A DNA stretch of 64,000 nucleotides, taken from assembly GCA_030704665.1 (NCBI GenBank), contig JAUYID010000009.1, positions 458,460-522,459 of the forward strand, given 5' to 3'. Source of the stretch: a bacterium. GTDB lineage: Bacteria > Patescibacteriota > Microgenomatia > Woykebacterales > RBG-16-39-9b. Both the position numbers and the translations under genes were made by a program. Every line of letters begins with the position of its first letter. The stretch's first letter is position 1. Below the pieces are notes generated by a model. The model ran no database searches. It was not told the DNA's origin and saw nothing but the letters and a program-made list of their open reading frames with translations. Below are positions 57,191 to 64,000 of the stretch, one piece after another.

Positions 57191-57785
57191 GGCCCTTCTC
57201 CTTTAGAACTAGATTAATTTGGTCTAAACTGATGCTACCCTGCCGAAGAAGACTCGGTTTTGGGTTTGACAAATCTAACACAGTTGAAGGTTTCTCACCC
57301 CAAGCATTTTCATTAACGACGTAGTCTACCATGCCTACAAGTTTACTGTCAACCTGAGCTACCCTCACCGGGGCGCTCTCCCCGGCTAAGTTGGCTGAAG
57401 GGGCTAGAATTGGTTCGTTTAGCCTTTGTAAAACGTTGAGCAAAAGTCCGTGAGAAGGGACTCTCAGACCGACTGTTTGGCTGAGACCCTGAATGGGTTT
57501 AGTGCTGTTTTTCTTGGCTCGGAGTACCAGAGTAAGCGGTCCAGGCCAAAATTTCTTGGCCAGAGCCTCTGAGCTTTGATCGAACTGCGCGTATTCTTGA
57601 GCTTGATGCAAATCTTTCACAACAATTGAAGTGGGTTTGTTTAGAGCTCGCCTTTTTATCGTATAAAGCCGTCTAATACCTTCGGGTGAACCGAGACGAC
57701 AGCCAAGACCCAAAACTGTTTCGGTCGGAAAAATGACAAGACCACCACTTTTAAGTACTTCCAAAAACCGCTCGGCTTCGTCCAT
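57183..57785 (-). CDS. tsaC: L-threonylcarbamoyladenylate synthase (YrdC/Sua5 family)
   Basis: VIFPTETVLGLGC. YrdC fold. Confidence 0.8.
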   Translation of the reverse strand: MDEAERFLEVLKSGGLVIFPTETVLGLGCRLGSPEGIRRLYTIKRRALNKPTSIVVKDLHQAQEYAQFDQSSEALAKKFWPGPLTLVLRAKKNSTKPIQGLSQTVGLRVPSHGLLLNVLQRLNEPILAPSANLAGESAPVRVAQVDSKLVGMVDYVVNENAWGEKPSTVLDLSNPKPSLLRQGSISLDQINLVLKEKGLG

Positions 57786-57786
57786 T

Positions 57787-59544
57787 TTATTTTCGTTCCG
57801 AAACTTCTTTTTGCAGTTGGGTGGCGGCTTCAGAAATTGTTAAAACTTTAAGTTCTTTGGAGCCTTTGCTGCGAACTGAAACAGTTTGTTGAGCCTGCTC
57901 CCGGTCTCCCAAGACAAAAAGATAAGGGATTTTTTGTAGCTCTGCTTCTCGGATTTTTGCTTGCATGGTTTCGTTCTTAGAGTTGACCTCGACTCGCAGG
58001 CTAGAGTCTTGGAGATGCCCTTTTACTTTTTCCGCGTACTCAAGATGCCTTTCGGCAATTGGAATTAGCTCAACTTGGATTGGAGCAAGCCAAAGAGGAA
58101 AGTCTCCACCGTAGTGCTCAATCAGAAAAGCCATGGTTCTTTCTAAAGCCCCAACTGAAGAGCGGTGAATGACAATCGGTTGCTGGGCTTTCCCTTTTTC
58201 GTCAATATACTCGAGATTGAAACGTCTAGGCATAACAAAATCGTACTGGACAGTGAAGGCAGTTTCTTCTTTACCTAAGACATTCTTTATCTGGACATCG
58301 ATCTTCGGCCCATAAAAAGCAGCCTCGTTTTCAGCTTCAAAAAAAGGTGCTTTCGTTTCTTGTAAAACTTCGCGCAGTGTTTTTTCCGCTTTTTCCCAGG
58401 CTACATCGTCCTTGAAATATTTGCTCTCCTCCCCTCTATCTCCCAAGGAAAGGCGGTAGCGGTAGTCTTTGCCTTTCTCCAAACCTAAAGTAGAGTTCAC
58501 AAAATCGATTAAGTCCAAAACCTTTTTAATCTCATTCTTAGCCCCCTCGGGAGCAACAAAAATATGGGCATCGGAAAGGGTAAAAGTTCTGACTCTCATC
58601 AAACCCGAAAGTTCCCCGCTCTTTTCGTAGCGAAATTGGGGAGAGATTTCGGCTAAGCGCAAAGGCAAGTCACGGTAGCTACGCAGCCCTGCTTTATAGA
58701 GCATGAAATGATGTGGACAGGTCATCGGTCGCAAAATCAACTCCTCTTCATCCACTTTCATGACTGGGTACATCGTTTCTTTGTAGTAGGGGTAGTGGCC
58801 GCTAGTTTTGTAGAGTTCAACTTTAGCCAAAGGTGGAGTCAGCACGTGTTCGTAGCCTCTTTTTATTTCTTCATCTACAATGAAGCGTTCGAGAACGCGA
58901 CGCAGAGTTGCCCCCTTGCCCGTCAGCATTGGCAAACCCTTGCCAACCAGATCGGAATTAACAAACAGGCCGAGCTCCTTGCCAAGGAGCCGATGGTCTC
59001 GTTTTTTGGCCTCCTGGAGCCGAGTCAAGTAAGCTTTCAGTTCTTTATCATCTGTCCAGACGGTGCCGTAGACCCGTGTTAATTGTTTATTTTTTTCATT
59101 ACCACGCCAATAGGCGCCGGCGAGTGAGGTGAGTTTAAAACTCCCTATTTGTTTGCTGTTTTCTAGGTGGGGACCCTCGCAGAGATCAATGAAGTTTCCC
59201 GTCTCATAAAAAGAAACTTTCTTCTCACCCTTGTCTTTGAGCTCCTTGGTCAGTTCGACTTTATAAGGTTGGGAAATTTTTTCGTTAAATTTAATAGCTT
59301 CAGTGACAGTTTTTTCAGCGCGAGTGAAATTTAAATTTCTTTTTTTAATGTCTAGCATTTTCTTTTCTATCTTTTCCAAATCAGACTCTGTAATAGCCTT
59401 TTCAAAGTCAAAATCATAGTAAAAACCGTCTTCAATTACCGGCCCAATACCAAGCTTGGTGTCTGGCCAAAGCTCGAGCACGGCTGCAGCCAAGAGGTGA
59501 GCAGTGGAATGACGCATCTTTTCTAGCTGGCTATAATTTTTCAT
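57787..59544 (-). CDS. thrS: Threonyl-tRNA synthetase (lacks the N-terminal TGS domain)
   Basis: Editing-domain HSTAHLL. Class II motifs. Anticodon-binding domain. Confidence 0.95.
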   Translation of the reverse strand: MKNYSQLEKMRHSTAHLLAAAVLELWPDTKLGIGPVIEDGFYYDFDFEKAITESDLEKIEKKMLDIKKRNLNFTRAEKTVTEAIKFNEKISQPYKVELTKELKDKGEKKVSFYETGNFIDLCEGPHLENSKQIGSFKLTSLAGAYWRGNEKNKQLTRVYGTVWTDDKELKAYLTRLQEAKKRDHRLLGKELGLFVNSDLVGKGLPMLTGKGATLRRVLERFIVDEEIKRGYEHVLTPPLAKVELYKTSGHYPYYKETMYPVMKVDEEELILRPMTCPHHFMLYKAGLRSYRDLPLRLAEISPQFRYEKSGELSGLMRVRTFTLSDAHIFVAPEGAKNEIKKVLDLIDFVNSTLGLEKGKDYRYRLSLGDRGEESKYFKDDVAWEKAEKTLREVLQETKAPFFEAENEAAFYGPKIDVQIKNVLGKEETAFTVQYDFVMPRRFNLEYIDEKGKAQQPIVIHRSSVGALERTMAFLIEHYGGDFPLWLAPIQVELIPIAERHLEYAEKVKGHLQDSSLRVEVNSKNETMQAKIREAELQKIPYLFVLGDREQAQQTVSVRSKGSKELKVLTISEAATQLQKEVSERK

Positions 59545-59787
59545 TTATTTAAAGGGGGTAGAGGAAATAGAGTCAATTATATTGGAAATGTAACCGCCGA
59601 TAATTGGAGCAGTATCGAGCTTACTAACAAAGAAAACGATGAGGGTGACGATTACGGTTGCCCCGAGGACACTACCAACTCCCCAGGCCAGTCCGGAAAG
59701 GAAACTATTGAACGCCATTTGAAATGGAGAGTACTGGATTTTGACGATGTCTTTTTCAGCTTCGATTTTGATCAAATTCTTTTCCAT
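59545..59787 (-). CDS. Small membrane protein, hypothetical
   Basis: Single transmembrane helix. 1-nt from the thrS start. Confidence 0.4.
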   Translation of the reverse strand: MEKNLIKIEAEKDIVKIQYSPFQMAFNSFLSGLAWGVGSVLGATVIVTLIVFFVSKLDTAPIIGGYISNIIDSISSTPFK

Positions 59788-59864
59788 TTGTTTCTGGTGG
59801 ACGATACTGGGCTCGAACCAGTGACCTCCGCAATGTCAATGCGACGCTCTAACCAACTGAGCTA
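59788..59864 (-). tRNA. tRNA-Val (anticodon GAC)
   Basis: Cloverleaf GGACGAT/ATCGTCC acceptor, UUCGAGC T-loop, anticodon loop UUGACAU, encoded CCA. Confidence 0.9.
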
Positions 59865-59871
59865 ATCGTCC

Positions 59872-60510
59872 CTAAGGTTTAATTCCGACTAGATCTTTCT
59901 CTGGATCAGCTTTTAAAGACTTAAAGGATTTCTTGGAATCAATTATTTGGTCGACAATTCCGTATTTTTTGGCTTCTGCGGCCCCCATGAAAAAGTCTCT
60001 TTCAGTATCAAACTCCACTTTTTCAAAGCTTTGTCCTGTTTCAGAAGCAAGTATATTGTTGAGTTTCTTCTTCATTTTCAAAATTTCTTCAGCGTGAATT
60101 TTAATATCGGTTGCTTGGCCTGAAATTTCCGTCAGAGGCTGGTGGATCATAATTCGTGAGTTTGGTAGCGCATAGCGCTTTCCTTTCGTTCCGCCTGCCA
60201 TGACCACGGCTGCCCCGGAGGCAGCCATACCAACACAAACAGTTTGAATATCCGGACGGACAAATTTCATGGTGTCATAAATTGCCAAAGTTGAGTGGAC
60301 ATAGCCTCCTGGGGAATTTATATAAATTGAAATGTCCTTCTCGGAATTATCGTTTTCGAGATACAAAAGCTGGGCAATGATAATGTCAGCTGACTCATCA
60401 GTGATCGGCCCAGACATAAAAATAATCCTCTCTTCCAAGAGTCGGCTGTAAATATCATAAGCCCGCTCACCGGCCGGGTCTCTTTTTATAACCATCGGTA
60501 CTAAATCCAT
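59872..60510 (-). CDS. clpP: ATP-dependent Clp protease proteolytic subunit
   Basis: Ser-His-Asp triad context [10 protein letters not shown]...IHQP. Confidence 0.95.
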   Translation of the reverse strand: MDLVPMVIKRDPAGERAYDIYSRLLEERIIFMSGPITDESADIIIAQLLYLENDNSEKDISIYINSPGGYVHSTLAIYDTMKFVRPDIQTVCVGMAASGAAVVMAGGTKGKRYALPNSRIMIHQPLTEISGQATDIKIHAEEILKMKKKLNNILASETGQSFEKVEFDTERDFFMGAAEAKKYGIVDQIIDSKKSFKSLKADPEKDLVGIKP

Positions 60511-60624
60511 AGAAACTCTTTCAGACGGTTACCGTTTGTGCTGCAGTTGATAACCGTAAGTGGGGGTATTCTAACAAATAAGTGAAGAGGTGTAAATTGA
60601 GAGGTCTAGGGGCTCGAGTTTAGC

Positions 60625-60661
60625 CGAAATATATCTCGAGCCCCAAAGTCTATCTCTAGCT
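60625..60661. other. Strong 10-bp-stem hairpin (GGGGCTCGAG...CTCGAGCCCC) at the clpP-proximal edge of the GC-rich islet
   Basis: Perfect inverted repeat with a 16-nt loop. No adjacent U-tract. Confidence 0.4.
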
Positions 60662-60684
60662 GTCTTCCGTGGTTCGGCCCTTAT

Positions 60685-60855
60685 CTACTGGGTGAGTTGA
60701 GTTCGCTGCAGCGCTCTTTCTTGCCCCCTACGTGCTTTTTCAAGTCCGGCACGGCGCTGCGTAGAGAGCTTCGGGTCCTTTAGCTTCTCCTTGATATCGG
60801 CGAGGTTAATCACCTGGGCAATGAGCTTGCTACCAGTACCTTCACCGAAGTCCAT
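60685..60855 (-). CDS. Mini-ORF C, 56 aa, hypothetical. Its ATG overlaps the stop of ORF B (TGATG).
   Basis: Translational coupling. GC-rich islet. Confidence 0.3.
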   Translation of the reverse strand: MDFGEGTGSKLIAQVINLADIKEKLKDPKLSTQRRAGLEKARRGQERALQRTQLTQ

Positions 60856-61067
60856 CAGAGCCCCCCTTCGATGGTGTGATCACCCATCAGCTCGTCGCGG
60901 AGTTCTCCGAAGACCTCCTCGATGAGCTTCTCACATTCGGGATGGGAGGCCTTCATGCTGACATAGCGCTCCCAGAGCAGCCTGATCGTTTGCTTGAAAC
61001 GACCGAGTTCCTCCTTAATCTCCTCACGAGTGAGGTTTGAAGAAGTCTGCGTTGCTACCTCACTCAT
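60855..61067 (-). CDS. Mini-ORF B, 70 aa, acidic hypothetical protein
   Basis: A GAAGGAG SD lies inside the 3' end of ORF A. Confidence 0.4.
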   Translation of the reverse strand: MSEVATQTSSNLTREEIKEELGRFKQTIRLLWERYVSMKASHPECEKLIEEVFGELRDELMGDHTIEGGL

Positions 61068-61072
61068 CAGCT

Positions 61073-61261
61073 CTACTCCTTCAATGCCTGACGGCTTGAG
61101 TTGAAAGCGTCATCCTCGTAGTCGCCACGAAGCTCGAGGGCAGCCTCAGCAGGATCACGCCGTGACAAGGGGTACTTCAGCTCTGGACCACAGATGTAGG
61201 TCGGCGTCCGCTCGCCCCTCGCCACTTCCCTCTTCTGCGTTGTTACGCTTGTTTGATCCAC
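61073..61261 (-). CDS. Mini-ORF A, about 62 aa, GTG start
   Basis: An AAGGAGG SD lies 5 nt before the GTG at 61261. It is the first ORF after the atypical tRNA. Confidence 0.35.
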   Translation of the reverse strand: MDQTSVTTQKREVARGERTPTYICGPELKYPLSRRDPAEAALELRGDYEDDAFNSSRQALKE

Positions 61262-61380
61262 GTCTGCCTCCTTGCTGATCGCTAGCCGGTGCTTCCCCGG
61301 ACAGAGTCTTGGCACAGTAGTGGTTGGACCATTCGGCCCCTTGAAACTTACTTACCTCAGACACTGTCGTGATTCAGTTT

Positions 61381-61457
61381 TGGCAGTCTAGAGAGGAGTC
61401 GAACCTCTGGCCTCCAGATCCTCAATCTGGCGCTCTGCCAATCTGAGCTACTAGACT
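61381..61457 (-). tRNA. Atypical tRNA with anticodon GAG (Leu-type). It has a class I architecture with a 5-nt variable loop, an A1:U72 pair and a G73 discriminator.
   Basis: Perfect cloverleaf: AGTCTAG/CTAGACT acceptor, GCTC/GAGC D-stem, CCAGA-UUGAGGA-UCUGG anticodon arm, AGAGG-UUCGACU-CCUCU T-arm, encoded CCA. Confidence 0.6.
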
Positions 61458-61459
61458 AC

Positions 61460-61534
61460 TGGCGACCGAGACAGGATTCGAACCTGCAACATAGCGATTT
61501 GGAGTCGCCTGTTCTACCGTTGAACTACTCGGCC
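61460..61534 (-). tRNA. tRNA-Trp (anticodon CCA)
   Basis: GGCCGAG/CTCGGTC acceptor, anticodon loop CUCCAAA, UUCGAAU T-loop. Confidence 0.85.
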
Positions 61535-61670
61535 TTTGGCTAAAATAGCCTAACTCTTTTCGCTAACCTCCTTTCCTGACTCTCCGCTTTCGTCTACTTG
61601 TTGATTAGTGCTGGTCCTCTCAAGCTTTAGACTTGAAATCCGGATACTTGGGAGAAACGGATTTGGACCA

Positions 61671-61695
61671 CAAAAAAACCCCCTGACCGGGGGTT
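61671..61695 (-). terminator. Rho-independent terminator (CCCCCGGTCAGGGGG then TTTTTTT) downstream of the membrane-protein gene
   Basis: Hairpin plus a 7-U tract on the minus strand. Confidence 0.6.
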
Positions 61696-61850
61696 TACTT
61701 TCAAAGGATTTAGTCCTTTATACCCCCGAAGTCGTAAAACCCTTTACAAAAAGGGCTCTACAGGCGGTGGTAATTGGGCACATATACCTGTTCATTTCAA
61801 ATAAACTATAGCAAGCAGGGGCCAGCCTGTCAAGTCGATTGGGATTTAAG

Positions 61851-62750
61851 TTAGTAAGTTCTTACAGAAATAGTTCCTGCTCCAACCTCAATGTCTATTT
61901 CAATTTTCTCCTTAGCGTTTTGAAAATTGCTACTTACATAGCTGCTACCCTGCTTTTGAAAGTAGTCTTTTGGCAAAGAAATATTTTTTGGTCCACCCTT
62001 GATAAGAATTTTGGTCGCACTATCTTTTGGAATTTCAAAATTCAGGCTTGAAGCACCGGTCCTAATCATTGTTTTACTCGACCTAGAAGAATATTTAATT
62101 CTTAAATTGACAGCAGCGGTTTGGATGTCAATTTTTTTGGCGAGCAAGTCTTCCAAATTTAGATCCAAATTGCTTGCTGCCGCCTTGACCAAAATTTCTA
62201 GGGGGACCAAAGGTGAAAGGTCTATTTTGGCTTCGTTGCGAATTGAGCCAAGAAAAGGAATCGAATTGCTGCTACCTTGGTTGATATTGAGATAAGTAGT
62301 GTTTTGGTCTTCGTTTCTCGCAACCGTGGGCGCAGATGCAGTTGAACTGTAGGTTAGCTGTCCGCCGGCCAGTTTGGCCGAATCAGTCGCCAAAGACGCG
62401 ATTTTTAGATTGACTGCCGGCAAATCGATTGTGATTTTGGCTCGCACTGTAGTCGCCAGGTTTTGATTAAGTGTGAGTTTGCTCTTTGCCAAAGGGTTAC
62501 CTCCAAAAGGGTTCAAAAAGAGAGCCAGGGGGAGGAGAAAAATCAAGGCAAAAAGAATAATTAAAGTCCGAAAGGAAACTTGCCTACCGATAAAAATCTC
62601 AACTCCAATGAGAATCAAAAGAACTGGCCAAAAACGCCAAAGTGAAAACCAAAGCGACCAGGGCAGGACGCCAAAATTGTTGAGCAAAAAGATTGCTCCC
62701 AGAAAAATCAGAATGAACGGTGCAAAGCTTGATTTGCTTCTGTTTTTCAT
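61851..62750 (-). CDS. Membrane protein with N-terminal transmembrane helices and a C-terminal repetitive beta-rich domain (DUF4097/LiaF-like)
   Basis: Three or four transmembrane helices, then N/S/T-rich repeats. Confidence 0.5.
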   Translation of the reverse strand: MKNRSKSSFAPFILIFLGAIFLLNNFGVLPWSLWFSLWRFWPVLLILIGVEIFIGRQVSFRTLIILFALIFLLPLALFLNPFGGNPLAKSKLTLNQNLATTVRAKITIDLPAVNLKIASLATDSAKLAGGQLTYSSTASAPTVARNEDQNTTYLNINQGSSNSIPFLGSIRNEAKIDLSPLVPLEILVKAAASNLDLNLEDLLAKKIDIQTAAVNLRIKYSSRSSKTMIRTGASSLNFEIPKDSATKILIKGGPKNISLPKDYFQKQGSSYVSSNFQNAKEKIEIDIEVGAGTISVRTY

Positions 62751-62757
62751 AAATTTC

Positions 62758-62844
62758 TGGTGCGGGTGAAGGGACTTGAACCCCCACGACCTTTTGGGTC
62801 ACAAGGTCCTAAACCTTGCGCGTCTGCCATTCCGCCACACCCGC
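62758..62844 (-). tRNA. tRNA-Leu (anticodon UAG), class II with a long variable arm
   Basis: GCGGGTG/CACCCGC acceptor, anticodon loop UUUAGGA, 15-nt variable arm, ACCA end. Confidence 0.85.
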
Positions 62845-62917
62845 CCGATTGTCATTTTTTTAGCCACTTTTCCAACCTTCTTATTGCGTGATGACGAAGC
62901 TGATTATACCAACAAAG

Positions 62918-63661
62918 TTAAAGTTTCGAAACTTGTTTTGTTCTTTGAAAGGCAGAGTCGTGGGTAGAAGTTTCAACAGAGTCGTCTAAAGGAGCAAGTT
63001 CAACCGAACCATAACGTCCTTGCAGGGCCCGTTCAAGCAAAAGATCGGCAAAACGAGGATTTTTGGGCAAAACTGGACCGTGCAAGTAGCAGCCAAAAGT
63101 ATTATTTTTCCAGGCTCCTTCGAGGCGATCTTCCCCGTTGTTTCCCGAGCCAATTAGAACCTTTCCTAGAGGCTCGGTGCCCTTTTCCAAATAAGTTTTC
63201 CCGGAGTGGTTTTCAAAGCCAACCAGAGTGCCGTGCAAAAGTTTTGGGTTCACTTCAACTGCGATGTTGCCAATCATTCGCTTCTCCCCGGCCAAGGTAA
63301 AGGCGTCCAAAAATCCTAGCCCTTCAAGCTCAACTCCATCAGCGGTTCGATAAAATTTACTCAGAAGTTGATAACCACCACAAATGGAAAAAAAGACTTT
63401 CCTCTTCTCCAGATCAGAGCGTAGAAACCCTTCCTTGCTCTTTTTTAGGTCTTTGGAAACCTCAATTTGAGCTTGGTCCTGGCCGCCCCCAAAGAAATAA
63501 AGATCAACTTGATTTGGCTCTAGGTCATCCCCAAGATTAATTTCCTTGACTTTAGTTTTGATCTTGCGCCACTGGGACCTTTTTACCAAAGTCAGGATAT
63601 TGCCTCTATCCCCGTAAGTACTCATTTGTTTTGGATAAAGCCAGCCGATCGTAAGTTCCAT
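62918..63661 (-). CDS. gatD: Lipid II isoglutaminyl synthase glutaminase subunit GatD (CobB/CobQ-like GATase)
   Basis: SICGGYQLL nucleophile elbow and HG motif. Overlaps murT. Confidence 0.75.
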   Translation of the reverse strand: MELTIGWLYPKQMSTYGDRGNILTLVKRSQWRKIKTKVKEINLGDDLEPNQVDLYFFGGGQDQAQIEVSKDLKKSKEGFLRSDLEKRKVFFSICGGYQLLSKFYRTADGVELEGLGFLDAFTLAGEKRMIGNIAVEVNPKLLHGTLVGFENHSGKTYLEKGTEPLGKVLIGSGNNGEDRLEGAWKNNTFGCYLHGPVLPKNPRFADLLLERALQGRYGSVELAPLDDSVETSTHDSAFQRTKQVSKL

Positions 63662-63665
63662 AAAT

Positions 63666-64000
63666 TTATTCCTCCCAAAAATTGGGAGAATAGCCTTTCT
63701 TTGCCAAATAAGCTTTGATCTTTAACATCGAGGTGTAGGTAGGAAAAAGAAAAATTGTTTGCCCGCTTTCTGCCAGACTCAGGGTTTTCGCTAGGGCAGT
63801 TTCAAGAGAATCAATTCGCAAGCAGTTTTCAAGCTCAGCGTACTTGGCACGCAGTTCCATATCAGAAGCTCGGAGACCACTGACAACTAACTTTTGCAAT
63901 TTGCCTTTGAGAGACTCAAAATCAACATCCCAAAGCCAGGAAACATCTCGCCCGTCAGCGATAAGATCGTTGATTGCCACCAAGGCAATTTTTTTCTCTG
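63666..64000 (-). CDS. murT: Mur-ligase-family protein MurT, C-terminal DUF1727 part. Partial: it runs off the window.
   Basis: C-terminal MurT domain immediately upstream of gatD. Confidence 0.7.
   Translation of the reverse strand, partial: EKKIALVAINDLIADGRDVSWLWDVDFESLKGKLQKLVVSGLRASDMELRAKYAELENCLRIDSLETALAKTLSLAESGQTIFLFPTYTSMLKIKAYLAKKGYSPNFWEE

Noticed and set aside
1-64000. CRISPR arrays, insertion sequences and transposases
   Set aside because: No regularly spaced direct repeats were seen. No transposase or IS-like ORFs. The only recombinase is the chromosomal xerC/D-type gene.

Overview
This 64 kb window looks like a compact, Gram-positive-like bacterial genome of the CPR/Patescibacteria type. 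Most of it is housekeeping genes. There is also a roughly 13.5 kb type IV pilus supercluster: pilB, pilT, pilC, pilD, pilM, pilN, pilO and at least ten pilin-like genes. I found three canonical tRNAs and one atypical tRNA. Several GC-rich segments are scattered through an AT-richer backbone. Some of these contain small hypothetical genes behind near-consensus sigma70 promoters. Others lack long ORFs and look like structured RNA. Housekeeping calls with good support include gyrA, gyrB, glyA, tyrS, pheS, pheT, thrS, infC, rpmI, rplT, tsaC, recG, rnc, rpsP, trmD, acpP, nusB, rpmF, clpP, dinB and xerC/D. Others are a class A PBP, a murT (truncated at the window edge)/gatD pair, an ECF sigma/anti-sigma pair, two M23 peptidases and an LPXTG surface protein. 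The most unusual regions are listed here. (1) A GC-rich islet of three translationally coupled mini-ORFs (62, 70 and 56 aa) sits directly downstream of an atypical tRNA. That tRNA has a Leu-type anticodon GAG but a short variable arm, A1:U72 and G73. The islet lies between tRNA-Trp and clpP. (2) A 1.15 kb GC-rich stretch (14218-15369) has no long ORF and carries rRNA-like sequence motifs. (3) A candidate RNase P-like structured RNA lies on the minus strand at about 2527-2880, with its own extended -10 promoter and a terminator-like hairpin. (4) A 35-38 bp imperfect-palindromic element appears as direct repeats flanking one small gene. (5) A 500 nt leader upstream of pheST carries tandem consensus promoters and a weak T-box-like motif. 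(6) A perfect palindrome overlaps the dinB promoter. All calls rest on reading the sequence and on motif memory. No database search was possible.
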